From an uncultured Candidatus Saccharibacteria bacterium (GTDB lineage: Bacteria; Patescibacteriota; Minisyncoccia; Phycocordibacterales; SBAW01): a DNA stretch of 64,000 nt. The notes under the pieces were generated by a model. It had not been told where the DNA came from and ran no database searches. It was given only the letters and a program-made list of their open reading frames with translations. Numbering within the stretch: position 1 is the stretch's first letter; every line of letters starts with the position of its first letter. Position numbers and translations under genes: made by a program. Shown in pieces: positions 19,557 through 30,391 of the stretch. The stretch is from NCBI GenBank assembly GCA_964650645.1, contig CAZYUH010000001.1, positions 79,373 through 143,372 on the forward strand, read 5' to 3'.

Positions 19557-19607
19557 GGCCGGCACTATACACCATGCTGGTGTTTTGCAAAATTCCAGAA
19601 TAGATTT
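19289..19607. repeat. 28-bp perfect direct repeat bracketing the wHTH gene
   Basis: gtgttttgcaaaattccagaatagattt at 19289-19316 and 19580-19607. Confidence 0.9.
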
Positions 19608-19796
19608 TCTCCTTGGATGAATTGAGCCGCATACCTGCGTAGCTAATTGCTAATTAGCTACATACTATTGACACTTTTCGCTATACAGAGTAATTTGCTC
19701 TCCAGCAGTTCCCCTCTCCGTTGTGCGTTAGCAAACACCACCCGGCGCCCCGGTTACGGGGTATTGCTAAGCAATCCATCACAAATGGAGCGGGTT

Positions 19797-20210
19797 ATGG
19801 AAAACGTTAAAATTATCGCATCTGGCCTGCCTGACAGCACTGTTATCGGAGGCATTGAAAACAACAGCGGCAAAACCGAGGTTGAGAAAAATTACAGAGG
19901 GGTCAATGCAAGGAACCTCCCTGAGCTTTTCTCAAAAATCGGAGAGATTGAGGGTTACTTCGAAGCTCTGGCTACGCTCTGGTGCGATGGCGAGCTAACT
20001 CTTGTCATTGAGAAGGGTTCTCACTTTTTCTCGGGAGTCCTGACAACCTATGAGGATAATCTCATCGAGAGGACGGTCAAGATAATTGATCGTCTTGCAG
20101 TCGAATTGTCCCAAGCGAAATATGATGCTGATAGTTACAAAATAACCTACAAATTCTCGCGCGCGGTAGAGTTTAATGACTTGGTAAACGATATCATTCC
20201 CCGACACTAA
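19797..20210 (+). CDS. Hypothetical protein
   Basis: TTGACA promoter, GGAG SD, lower GC, hairpin-T terminator at 20226-20256. Confidence 0.6.
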   Translation: MENVKIIASGLPDSTVIGGIENNSGKTEVEKNYRGVNARNLPELFSKIGEIEGYFEALATLWCDGELTLVIEKGSHFFSGVLTTYEDNLIERTVKIIDRLAVELSQAKYDADSYKITYKFSRAVEFNDLVNDIIPRH

Positions 20211-20254
20211 ATTCTGCGCAAAACTCCCCGACCGGATACGGTCGGGGTTCTTTT

Positions 20255-20848
20255 TTATCGAGATCCGCTGCACGCGCCTGAAGCCCAGAGGCCGCGGCCC
20301 AGCAATCGGGCCTGCGCCTCTGCGGCCCTGAACTCCGCCTGGTACTTATAGGGCGCGCTGTAGGTGTACTCGTGCGCGTAGCCCTGCTCTACCAGGTATT
20401 CGTTTACCGGCAGGCCGTCGCTGCGGTACACGTACGCGAGCAAGCGGCCGTATTTGTCGCGCTCGCCTTGCGAGGGGTCCTTTTCAAGCATTACGCGCTG
20501 GCCCGCCAGAAGCTCTTTCGTCTTGTCGGAGGCCTCCTTGCCGAAGCACTGCACCGCCTTGCGCGGGTCAACCGTCTCGGGCGTGTCGATGCCTATGAAC
20601 CGGACGGTTTCCGTTTTGCCTTCAATGCTTACGGAAACAGTATCGCCGTCCACTACCCTTATGACGGCGTACGTGCCGCTAGCGGCGGGCGGTATTGTTG
20701 ACGCTTGAGTGCTCGTCGCAACAGGCGTCTGCGGCTGCTCGTGCGGAGCCGCAGGAGCGGGAGCGTCGGGCGAAAAGAACCCCGCAAGCGCGAGCAGCAT
20801 AAAAATGCTCATCACTGCAACTGCAGTCCATCGCGCTCGTTTGCCCAT
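20255..20848 (-). CDS. Thermonuclease (SNase) family protein with N-terminal anchor
   Basis: VVDGDT, RFIGIDTPE, RDKYGRLLAYV, RGLW. Confidence 0.93.
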   Translation of the reverse strand: MGKRARWTAVAVMSIFMLLALAGFFSPDAPAPAAPHEQPQTPVATSTQASTIPPAASGTYAVIRVVDGDTVSVSIEGKTETVRFIGIDTPETVDPRKAVQCFGKEASDKTKELLAGQRVMLEKDPSQGERDKYGRLLAYVYRSDGLPVNEYLVEQGYAHEYTYSAPYKYQAEFRAAEAQARLLGRGLWASGACSGSR

Positions 20849-20931
20849 GCACACAGTGTACCGCCCGTCTTTGATTTTTTTGCAGAGAAAAACCCCGCGC
20901 CGTAGCGCGGGGTGCTTTTTGCGGATTGCCT

Positions 20932-21693
20932 CTAGAAGTCATCCAGGGCCGATTCGGAATCGGGCTGCAAAACGGCGCCTTTCACATGCCCCTTGAAGGC
21001 CTCCATTACGTAGCCCGGGCAATTGGCGCGGACATTCCTATCAACAAAGACGCGCTTCGCATCGCTTCGCGCAAGGAGCACCTCCACGAATCGCACGCTG
21101 CCCGGATTGTCCGGCCCGGCCCGGTTACCATCCCTCTCAATCCATAAATGATAGAACCGCAGAGATCCTATCTCCCTGCCCTCGGAGAGTGCGATAGCCT
21201 CGGCGGCGCGCGGGCAATTCAGTATGAAGGAGCGGCTTGCGCCGTGCGCCAGAGTGATGACGCAGCGGTTGCCGTGGAAGATAGCATACGCCACGTAGAC
21301 ACCGGCACCATCATCCGACTCATAGCTTCTGACCTTTAATTCCGCCGGTATGTAGTCCTTTTCCCTCGGGAGGCCGCTCCGAGCGGAACGAGGCTCCTCC
21401 TTCTTGGGCCACCGTCCGTTTCCGGTAAGCTTTTGGAACCACTCCCAATGATCCGGAAGCGGTTCGCCCGTCTTCGGGTCGATGATTACCATTCTTGGCG
21501 TGCGCGCTCCTGATACAGGGAATGCATCGGCAGGCGTCCCGCTTTTCGTTTCTTCTTCAGGCTCGCCGGACATAGCCATACACCCTGCAAGAACCGCAGG
21601 CTCGCTGTCCGCGCCGATAGCCGCAGCCTCTGCCGTTCCTACCGCAGACTGCTTTTGCTTCTTTGTACGCGTTAAGAGCTTTTTAATACCCAA
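20932..21693 (-). CDS. Hypothetical protein
   Basis: 253-aa ORF, SD AGGAG before TTG start. Confidence 0.6.
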   Translation of the reverse strand: MGIKKLLTRTKKQKQSAVGTAEAAAIGADSEPAVLAGCMAMSGEPEEETKSGTPADAFPVSGARTPRMVIIDPKTGEPLPDHWEWFQKLTGNGRWPKKEEPRSARSGLPREKDYIPAELKVRSYESDDGAGVYVAYAIFHGNRCVITLAHGASRSFILNCPRAAEAIALSEGREIGSLRFYHLWIERDGNRAGPDNPGSVRFVEVLLARSDAKRVFVDRNVRANCPGYVMEAFKGHVKGAVLQPDSESALDDF

Positions 21694-21858
21694 TGGAGTC
21701 TCCTATGAGAAGCATCATGATGAAGCGAACTGCCCATCTGCGCGTATTAGACACAAAAATTGCTTTAAAGTCAATATTCTGCAGAACATTAACGCGCAGT
21801 GACAAGACGGCGCGGCATGGTAGGGTGAGGGCAGCCACCACCCACAGGAGAGTTCCTT

Positions 21859-22449
21859 ATGACAACGCACGTGCTCCCGCCCGAGGCCGAAAGCCTCGAC
21901 GTTATGCGCTCGCTCGCGCGCAGCGCGTTCCTCGAGGGCGAATGCTACGCCTTCGCCATCGCGGTGCACCGCGGCACCGGGCTTCCCATCTTCGGGCTTA
22001 TGGAGGGCGCAGTGCCGCGCCACGCATTCGCCTACTGGCCCGATAAGGAAGCGTTCGTGGACGTGCGGGGCGAGCACGCCATGCACAGCCCCGAGCTCGG
22101 AGCGCCTTTCGGCCACCGCGCGCCCTACCATCTTGAAGAGATATCCGCATCGAAACTCTTCCGGCAGAGGCCCGTATGCGACAACTCCATAGGCTTCGCC
22201 GCGCGCATGGCCGAATTCATCATGCCGCACCTTCCGTGGAAGAAGAGCCGCGACGAGCGGGCCCGCGAGTTCTGCGACGAGCTCGAAGCCCTATGCCGGA
22301 AGCGCGGGTTCTGGATACGCAGCCCCTACCCCGCGCAAAAGCCCATCCTGTACGAAGGAGACGCGGACGAGGCGGGCTACACGATACAACCCGCCGACAC
22401 CGGTATGGGGTACACGATAGACCGGCGGCTCAAGGGAGAGCCTGCCTGA
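21859..22449 (+). CDS. Hypothetical protein
   Basis: SD AGGAG; FLEGECYAFAIA..HAF..FVDVRG (Cys-His-Asp pattern); followed by a hairpin. Confidence 0.65.
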   Translation: MTTHVLPPEAESLDVMRSLARSAFLEGECYAFAIAVHRGTGLPIFGLMEGAVPRHAFAYWPDKEAFVDVRGEHAMHSPELGAPFGHRAPYHLEEISASKLFRQRPVCDNSIGFAARMAEFIMPHLPWKKSRDERAREFCDELEALCRKRGFWIRSPYPAQKPILYEGDADEAGYTIQPADTGMGYTIDRRLKGEPA

Positions 22450-22489
22450 TAGCAAGCGCCCGGCCATTGTATGGCCGGGCGTTAGTATT

Positions 22490-22921
22490 TTAGCGCACGA
22501 GGTGCAGGACAGTCTTCGGGTCCGAAAGAGGCTCGTCCTCGTCGCTTATCCGCACGTCTTCGAACGCAACGCGCTTGAGCGCGCATGCGCGGATCAGCGC
22601 CCTCCTGTAGGGCCCCCACTGCGGCTTGGACTTGCTATAAATCCACAGCTTGCCGATGCGGTGCTTTGCCAGCTGGGCCGCGGCCTTCTTGGCCAACCGC
22701 TCGATATCCTCCTCCCGCTCAAGGAGATACTCGTAGCCTAGGATCATATCGTTCTCATGCAGGAGCCCGTGCTTGCCCGAGAATATGAAGAACTCCCGGC
22801 CCTTCCCTTGCGCTATTTCGCGCACTTTGGATATATGCTCCCCCAGGTAGCGCTTGCGCGCCTGCATGTAGTTCTTGCCCGGGTCCTTCTCCCGGCTGCA
22901 CATAGTGCATACGGCCTCCAT
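22490..22921 (-). CDS. DUF6884-like hypothetical protein
   Basis: CTMCSREK..ARKRY..FFIFSGKHGLL..YE. Confidence 0.55.
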   Translation of the reverse strand: MEAVCTMCSREKDPGKNYMQARKRYLGEHISKVREIAQGKGREFFIFSGKHGLLHENDMILGYEYLLEREEDIERLAKKAAAQLAKHRIGKLWIYSKSKPQWGPYRRALIRACALKRVAFEDVRISDEDEPLSDPKTVLHLVR

Positions 22922-22988
22922 GGCCAGCTCCTTTCGAGTTGCAAGAATGGACAGTCTGCCGCAAGCCTACCACAGCGGCGCGCTTTTC

Positions 22989-23345
22989 CTAGGCGCCGTG
23001 GGCGCGCTCGGCCAGCCGCAGGAGGCGCCGCAGGTCCTTGTGGTTGGGCAGGGCTTCCGCGACTAGCGCCCAGAACGCCGGGCCGTGGTTGAACTCTCTG
23101 AGGTGGCACAACTCGTGCACCACGACGTAATCCAATACCTCCGGCGGCAGGAACAGGAGCTTGTAGTTGAAGTTGAGGTTGCCGGCGCTCGAGCAACTCC
23201 CCCACCGGCTTGTGGAGTTCTTTATGAAGATGCGCCTGACCGCGTGGTTGTAGTGGCGGTTGTAGTGCGCCACGCGCGCGTGCACGAGCGCGCGGGCCGC
23301 CTCCTTGTGGCGCAGGTAGTGGCGGTGGTCGCGGCGGCGCAGCAT
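22989..23345 (-). CDS. YgjP/DUF45-like metallopeptidase (short)
   Basis: RWGSCS, DYVVVHELCHL..NHGPAFW. Confidence 0.88.
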   Translation of the reverse strand: MLRRRDHRHYLRHKEAARALVHARVAHYNRHYNHAVRRIFIKNSTSRWGSCSSAGNLNFNYKLLFLPPEVLDYVVVHELCHLREFNHGPAFWALVAEALPNHKDLRRLLRLAERAHGA

Positions 23346-23462
23346 CCCCTTACTCTACAACCGCCCTCCGCAAAACCCCAAACCGGCGCGCCGGGAGAGG
23401 CGGCAGGAAGCGCAAAAAGCCCCGCTTGCCGCGGGGCTTTTTTGCGCGCAGGAAAAGCGCGA

Positions 23463-23852
23463 TTACTCGCGCTCCATGCTGTAGAGGCAGTAGCGGCCGG
23501 CGCCCACCAGGAACACGGCGAACGCGCCCACCGCGAGCATAAGCTCGAGCTCGTGCGTGCCGCGCGGGATGCCCACCAGCGCGAGCGCCACCAGCATCTC
23601 GATGCCGAGCACGAGGCCCGCCAACCGCGGCGCGATGCCGAGCGCGAGCATGAGGCCGCCGATGACCTCGATGGCGGCGATGAAAGCCGCCGTTCCCGGA
23701 GGCAGGCCCAATCCGGCGAAGAAGCCCTCCGTGCGGCCCAAATCCTGGAGCTTCATCCAGCCATGGCTTATAAACACCCAGCCCGTAGCGAGGCGCACCA
23801 AGAGGAGCCCCATGGCCTTGTGGTACGCGAAATGCGTGACTTTCTTTATCAT
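23463..23852 (-). CDS. DoxX family protein
   Basis: GLLLVRLATG..HGWMKL..EVIGG..GAGRY. Confidence 0.88.
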   Translation of the reverse strand: MIKKVTHFAYHKAMGLLLVRLATGWVFISHGWMKLQDLGRTEGFFAGLGLPPGTAAFIAAIEVIGGLMLALGIAPRLAGLVLGIEMLVALALVGIPRGTHELELMLAVGAFAVFLVGAGRYCLYSMERE

Positions 23853-23910
23853 GCTCGAAACTGTTACCTTGTAAGCGAACTAGCGTAAGTATACGGCCAA
23901 AAAAACGGGC

Positions 23911-24204
23911 CTACTTGAGCATCGCGGCCGCCTGCTGCTCTATCGCCTTCTTGATGCGGCCCTCGAACATCTTCAGCATGAGCGGGAGCTTCGCGTTAAG
24001 GTTGAAGTCATTGTCGCGGACCTCGAACGTGCCGGTGATGGACTGCCCCTGCACCGTGAATCCGAAATTGAGCGTGTCGCCCGCCCACTCCTCCTTCTCT
24101 ATGGTGGCCTGGCCGTTAAGCTTCGCGTGCGCCTCGCGCAAGGCTATCATGACGCGCTCCTTCGCCTCGGCCCTGGTGAACTTGTGCGGGATGGTTATCT
24201 GCAT
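23911..24204 (-). CDS. Polyhydroxyalkanoic acid system (PHA_gran_rgn)-like protein
   Basis: MQITIPH..EAKER..WAGDTLNF..KLP..GRI. Confidence 0.7.
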   Translation of the reverse strand: MQITIPHKFTRAEAKERVMIALREAHAKLNGQATIEKEEWAGDTLNFGFTVQGQSITGTFEVRDNDFNLNAKLPLMLKMFEGRIKKAIEQQAAAMLK

Positions 24205-24205
24205 A

Positions 24206-24892
24206 TTACTTGAGTTCTACCGAGGTTATGACCATGGGCTCGACGGGCCTGTCGTTCTGGCCCGTGGGCGCGCGCTCTATGGCCGACACGGCGTCCATGC
24301 CCGCGACGACCGTGCCGAACACCGTGTGCTTGGAATCGAGGAAGGCGTTGTCGGCCGTGTTTATGAAGAACTGGCTGCCGTTGGTGTTAGGGCCCGCGTT
24401 CGCCATGGAAATAGTGCCCGCGGCGTTATGGTTGCCCGCGGCGATCTCATCGGCGAACTGGTAGCCCGGGCCGCCGGTGCCCCAGCGGGCCTGCATCGAG
24501 TCGTCCTTCGTGAGCGGGTCGCCGCCCTGTATCATGAAGCCCGCGATGACGCGGTGGAACTTGGTGCCGTTGTAAAAGCCCTCGCCCGCGAGCTTGGTGA
24601 AATTGGCGACGGTATTGGGCGTCGCGCTTGAGAACTCGATAGTTATGTCGCCCTTGTTCGTGTGAAGTATCGCCTGCATTGCTTTTTTATTAGTGCTTGT
24701 ACTCGTTGCGGGACCCTGGGACGCCGCGGCTGCGGCTGCGGCCTGCTGGCCTTGCTGGACGGGCGCCGCCTGCCCCGTGCCGTATAGGTGCGCCGACGAC
24801 GCGGGTTCTGGACCCGCGCGGCCCGCCGCGTACCAAATCCCGCCAAAGAGCACTACCGCTGCGGCGATAGCGAAAAGAGCGCCTTTATCCAT
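24206..24892 (-). CDS. Cyclophilin-type peptidyl-prolyl isomerase with membrane anchor
   Basis: FHRVIAGFMIQGGDP, SMANAGPNTNGSQFFI, HTVFG. Confidence 0.95.
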   Translation of the reverse strand: MDKGALFAIAAAVVLFGGIWYAAGRAGPEPASSAHLYGTGQAAPVQQGQQAAAAAAASQGPATSTSTNKKAMQAILHTNKGDITIEFSSATPNTVANFTKLAGEGFYNGTKFHRVIAGFMIQGGDPLTKDDSMQARWGTGGPGYQFADEIAAGNHNAAGTISMANAGPNTNGSQFFINTADNAFLDSKHTVFGTVVAGMDAVSAIERAPTGQNDRPVEPMVITSVELK

Positions 24893-24911
24893 GCGCTCCA
24901 GTATTGCACAT

Positions 24912-25838
24912 TTATTGCCCGAGCGTAAGCGTGCGGCGGATGCGGTCGAACTGCGCGAACAGCGCCGCGCGGTCGAACTCCCGCACCTCGCCCTCGGGGT
25001 AGTTCCCTATGGCGCCATAATGGACGAAGTAACGCACCGCCATGCAGCCGTTCTGGACCGGGGTTGCGAACACCACCTCATCGTAGCGGTTGCCCGCGCC
25101 CGCGCCGGTAGACGTGGCAACGGAGTAGCGGCGGCCGTCCTCGTCGACGAACCCCGCCGGATGCGCATCGCTGAGGTATATCCCGGCGCTACAGGAATTG
25201 ACGGCGCCCGCCATCGGCTCGACGCTTACGTACGAGTCGGCGGAAAGGTTGGTGCCCGAGGCTATCGCCGGATCGATGACGAACCTGGTGCCCTTGATGG
25301 TCTGCACCGGCCCCAGGCCCGTGTAGGTGTAATGCTCGTCGAGCGAGTAGCCTGCGGGGTAGCGGATGGAGAACCCCTGCGTGCCGCTGGAGTAGACCTG
25401 CGGAAGGCCGCCCGGATCATCCGCCACTTCTATGCAGCCCAAGTAGGACTTCTGCTCGTTGTTCTCCAGCACGAGCGCGGCCTGGCCTTTTGACCAGAAC
25501 ACGAAGGTCTCGGCGCCCGCCTGGCCCTGCGCTGCCTGCGGGTTTCCGTCGGAGTAGCGCGCGCCGTCGGCCGAAACGGTCTGCTTGAGGGCCAGGTTGC
25601 GCCCGTCGGAGAGCGCGAGCTTGACCGCGCCGCCCGGCTCGGGAGGCCCGCCGTTCTGCCCGGGCTTGTCCTCGCCCTTAAAGTACTGCGCCGAGATAGT
25701 CCTGCCCGCATCGCACGAGTAATTGGCCGACGCCACCGGCGCGCCCAGGCTGGTGGGCGCGGTCTGTCCCAGGCGCAAAGAAAGCCACACGCCGAGCGCG
25801 AGCGCGAGGACGATGAGTATGCCGAGAGTCGTTCTCAT
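24912..25838 (-). CDS. MliC-domain secreted protein
   Basis: YSC..LKQTVSADGARYS..FWSKG. Confidence 0.75.
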   Translation of the reverse strand: MRTTLGILIVLALALGVWLSLRLGQTAPTSLGAPVASANYSCDAGRTISAQYFKGEDKPGQNGGPPEPGGAVKLALSDGRNLALKQTVSADGARYSDGNPQAAQGQAGAETFVFWSKGQAALVLENNEQKSYLGCIEVADDPGGLPQVYSSGTQGFSIRYPAGYSLDEHYTYTGLGPVQTIKGTRFVIDPAIASGTNLSADSYVSVEPMAGAVNSCSAGIYLSDAHPAGFVDEDGRRYSVATSTGAGAGNRYDEVVFATPVQNGCMAVRYFVHYGAIGNYPEGEVREFDRAALFAQFDRIRRTLTLGQ

Positions 25839-26233
25839 GGTAAGCGCTGGGTAGAAGACGCGCCCGGGGAAGCGTTCTTACGCTTGCGCTTTACGCACTC
25901 GTCCGCCGCGAGCGCGGCCGCGGCGCACGCTATGGAGAGGTCGCGGAAGAGGATCTCAAACTGCGCCGGATTGAACGCGACGATGGCGACGAGCGCCGCC
26001 GCCGCGGCGGCGGCGGGCCATTCAATGCGCCACCCCGAAAGGATCCACAGCGCGATTGCGACCTCGATGGCGCCGAAGCCGTGCAGAAGCACCGTATCCG
26101 GAACGCCGGACGCGAGCAGGAACCGCGGAAGGTAGCCTATCCAGCCGTCGGGAGCGGTAAGCGCGCTAAGCGGCGGATACAGGAACGCGAACGCCACCCC
26201 TATCCTCAGCAGCCAGTGCGCGGGAATGCTCAT
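25835..26233 (-). CDS. DoxX-like membrane protein
   Basis: LLRIGVAFAFLY..GAIE..FRDL. Confidence 0.65.
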   Translation of the reverse strand: MSIPAHWLLRIGVAFAFLYPPLSALTAPDGWIGYLPRFLLASGVPDTVLLHGFGAIEVAIALWILSGWRIEWPAAAAAAALVAIVAFNPAQFEILFRDLSIACAAAALAADECVKRKRKNASPGASSTQRLP

Positions 26234-26236
26234 GGA

Positions 26237-26728
26237 TTATTGCACCGTGACGACCCCCGTATGCTCGGACGCCGCATGGTTATGGAACGGGAACGTGCCC
26301 GCTTCGGTAAAGACGAACGTGTAGGAGGAACCCGACTGGCACTGGTCGAACGGCGTCGGTCCGGTGTAGGCGCCCGAGCAGTGGGTCTCGCGGTCGCTTC
26401 CGTCGAAGCCGGTATGGGTCGGATGCTCGTCGGAGGCCACCCACATGCGGCTGGACGTGTCGTTGACGAACGTAACCTTCTGCCCCGCATCTATCGTGAC
26501 CTCCTTAGGCTCGAACCCCGCCGCAGTGTAGTGGACGGTCGGGCCGGTTATCCGCTCCGTAGTCGAGGCGGGCGCGCCATCCATGGCATCCGCGCCCGCT
26601 CCTTCGGGAGCGGCCGCCATGTCGGGAGCGGCGGGCGCGGGCACAGGCGACTGCCTGAAATACCACCACCCCCCGACAAGGATGAGTATCATCGCGACAA
26701 TGGTAACAGCCCATCCGGTAGTGCTCAT
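26237..26728 (-). CDS. Cupredoxin-fold protein
   Basis: GFEPKEVTIDAGQKVTFVN, ASDEHPTH, YTFVFTEAGTFPFHNH. Confidence 0.75.
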   Translation of the reverse strand: MSTTGWAVTIVAMILILVGGWWYFRQSPVPAPAAPDMAAAPEGAGADAMDGAPASTTERITGPTVHYTAAGFEPKEVTIDAGQKVTFVNDTSSRMWVASDEHPTHTGFDGSDRETHCSGAYTGPTPFDQCQSGSSYTFVFTEAGTFPFHNHAASEHTGVVTVQ

Positions 26729-26859
26729 ATGGTTCAGCTTTTGATACTGCTAAGTCGATCCGGCCTAGTACGCATATCATAGCACCACGCCGCGGCTGAA
26801 ATGCCCATGAAGCGCTCGAAAAATCCCGCGCTCTTCGCAGAGGGCGGGATTGGAGGAGC

Positions 26860-27096
26860 CTAGCGGCCGCTCGTTGTCAGGTACGCCAGGCAGTGCAGGC
26901 ATTTGGCCTGGCCGGGGCGGGTCTTGAGGTATTTATTGCCGCACTCGCAGACAAGTATCGGGGTCTTCTTTATCTTCACTATCCAATGCCCGTCCTGCTG
27001 GAAGGTCTTGGTCGGCCCGCGGCCCATGCGGGTCGGCTCCGGGCGCAGCTTGGACGCGCGCTCTGTCTTTACCGGTTTCTTCGCGTTCTTCTTCAT
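26860..27096 (-). CDS. Small basic protein with CxC..CxxC motif
   Basis: VCECGNKY..CLHC; follows the helicase gene. Confidence 0.55.
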   Translation of the reverse strand: MKKNAKKPVKTERASKLRPEPTRMGRGPTKTFQQDGHWIVKIKKTPILVCECGNKYLKTRPGQAKCLHCLAYLTTSGR

Positions 27097-27103
27097 GGGA
27101 GTG

Positions 27104-28405
<1,302 letters not shown>

Positions 28406-28486
28406 TATAGCACAATGAACCCATAACCGTCAATACGAATGGGAGGCGCATTACGCGCCTCCCGTTCAGGCCCCTCCGCGCGCTCC

Positions 28487-30013
28487 CTACTTGAGAATGC
28501 TCCACATGGCCGGGTCCTGCGCCCCGCCGAGCGAGAATACCGCCACGCCGCGCAGGCCATAGTGGCGCGCCTGGTCTATCTTCTCCTTTATCGCGATAGC
28601 GTCGCTCCAGGTTACGTAGTTGAAGGGCTGGTTTCCGGAGAGCTGGCTGCCGAGATTCTGCGTCGTGCCCGATTCGGGCTTCTGCTGGGTCACGGTCGTC
28701 TCGTCGCCGGTCGGCGCCTCGAGCCTGGACGGGTCGTACGTGAAGCCCATCTCGTTGGCGCTCGTGCGATGCGGCGTAATCCCGAGCTTCTGCGCTATAT
28801 CGGTCGCGTAATTGGGGTTGAACGCCCACAGCATCTGGTAGTCGAAGCCGCCGCCGCCCTTGGGAGTCACCTTGTACTCGTAGCCGTAGGTGGCGACGCC
28901 GAGCACCAGCTTCTTCTTGTCTATCGACTGGGCGGCGAGCTCGATCATGGCGCCGGTCCAGCCCGGGTCGGCCACCGGCGCGTAGGGCGCCGAGCGCGCG
29001 GAGTTGAGCAGGCGGTCGACGATGCCCTGGTCGTAGGCCATGATCTCGACGCGGTCGCAGTACTTGTTCATCTCCGAATAGTCGTTGGCGTAGTCGAGCG
29101 AGTCGGGCGGGATAGTGTCGCCCGGCAGGTAGCGGTGGCTGAGCGGCGAGCGCGACTCGATGGTGCAGTACACCCATTTTTTGCCCATGGCGGCATACAG
29201 CTCCTTGAGGAATGTCGAGAAGTAGTCGCGAGTGCGCGCCTGCTTTGCCTCGAAGTCGATGTCTATGCCGTCGAAGCCGTTCGCGTTGACGATGCTTACC
29301 AGCTCCGTGACCAACGCTTTGCGCTTTGCCGTATTGGAGAGCACCTCGTGGTTCGTCGGGCCGTCGCCGATCACCACCGAGGGCACGACGCGCACGCCCT
29401 TTGCCTTTGCGTCGGCGATGAACGTCTTCCACGGCTCGATGGTCGGGATGAAATCGCCCACCACCTGGCCCGCGAAATTGACCTTGTAGCCGAACGGCAT
29501 CACGGACGTGAGCTGGTCGAGGTGCGGCGTTACGTCCGCAACGCCCTGCTCTGCGCGCCAATCGGGCACCCAGCCGGAGAATTCAAGCGGGCCGGTCCAT
29601 TTGGGGCCTATAGACTTGCCGGTGAGCACGCCCTGCTGGCTGGGGTCGGAGCCCGGTATGACGCCGGGCGGCGCCTTGGCGGTCGAGGGACCGACCGAAG
29701 GATCGCTTGTCGCGGCGCCCGCGCCCGAGAGCGCGGCCTGGGTCTTGGGACCGGCTATGCCGTACGAAGAGCCGGAGCACACGATGCCCTGCGCGCACTG
29801 GAATTTCTTTACTGCCGCGAGAGTCGCGGGACCGAAGTGCCCGTTGGGCGTCGCTGAAAGGTAGCCCTTGGCGCTCAATTGGGTCTGGAGCGCCTTTACG
29901 TCGGCGCCCGACATGCCCGAGGTCATGGTGCGCGCGGACGCGCTTGCGGGAAGCGCGGCTGCTATGAGGATAAAAGCGGCGGCATACGCGCCGAGATATT
30001 TTGAACTATGCAT
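28487..30013 (-). CDS. Secreted PG-binding domain + GH18 glycoside hydrolase
   Basis: Signal peptide, VKALQTQL..FGPATLAAVKKFQ, FDGIDIDFE, IMAYD. Confidence 0.88.
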   Translation of the reverse strand: MHSSKYLGAYAAAFILIAAALPASASARTMTSGMSGADVKALQTQLSAKGYLSATPNGHFGPATLAAVKKFQCAQGIVCSGSSYGIAGPKTQAALSGAGAATSDPSVGPSTAKAPPGVIPGSDPSQQGVLTGKSIGPKWTGPLEFSGWVPDWRAEQGVADVTPHLDQLTSVMPFGYKVNFAGQVVGDFIPTIEPWKTFIADAKAKGVRVVPSVVIGDGPTNHEVLSNTAKRKALVTELVSIVNANGFDGIDIDFEAKQARTRDYFSTFLKELYAAMGKKWVYCTIESRSPLSHRYLPGDTIPPDSLDYANDYSEMNKYCDRVEIMAYDQGIVDRLLNSARSAPYAPVADPGWTGAMIELAAQSIDKKKLVLGVATYGYEYKVTPKGGGGFDYQMLWAFNPNYATDIAQKLGITPHRTSANEMGFTYDPSRLEAPTGDETTVTQQKPESGTTQNLGSQLSGNQPFNYVTWSDAIAIKEKIDQARHYGLRGVAVFSLGGAQDPAMWSILK

Positions 30014-30054
30014 ATGTACAGTATAGACGAAGCGGAACGATTTGCATTACGCCG

Positions 30055-30321
30055 CTATTCGTCGCCGTATGCGCCCGCCTCCCGGCGCGGCACGAACTCG
30101 TACACGGAGCTGTCGTCCTCCTCTATGTGCGCGAACGCGAGCCCCTGTTCCTCGAAGATATCGAAGAACTCGCTCCAGCTCAGGCGCACCATATCGGCAT
30201 CACCCTCGCCCCAATCGAAGCGCAGGCCCGATTCTGTGCCCTCGAGGATGGCCGGCATCCCGCCGCGCCCCGCCGCCCAGGCGCGTATCTCCTCATGATC
30301 GATGGTGAATGTCTGCTGCAT
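30055..30321 (-). CDS. Conserved hypothetical protein
   Basis: TIDHEEIRAWA..GGMPA..LRFD..SWSEFFDIFE. Confidence 0.7.
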   Translation of the reverse strand: MQQTFTIDHEEIRAWAAGRGGMPAILEGTESGLRFDWGEGDADMVRLSWSEFFDIFEEQGLAFAHIEEDDSSVYEFVPRREAGAYGDE

Positions 30322-30391
30322 TCCCCGTTTGTACCCCGCGGCGGGTGTTGCGGGGATGAATTCCTTCCAATCGCGTGAGGTTCCGGTTAAG

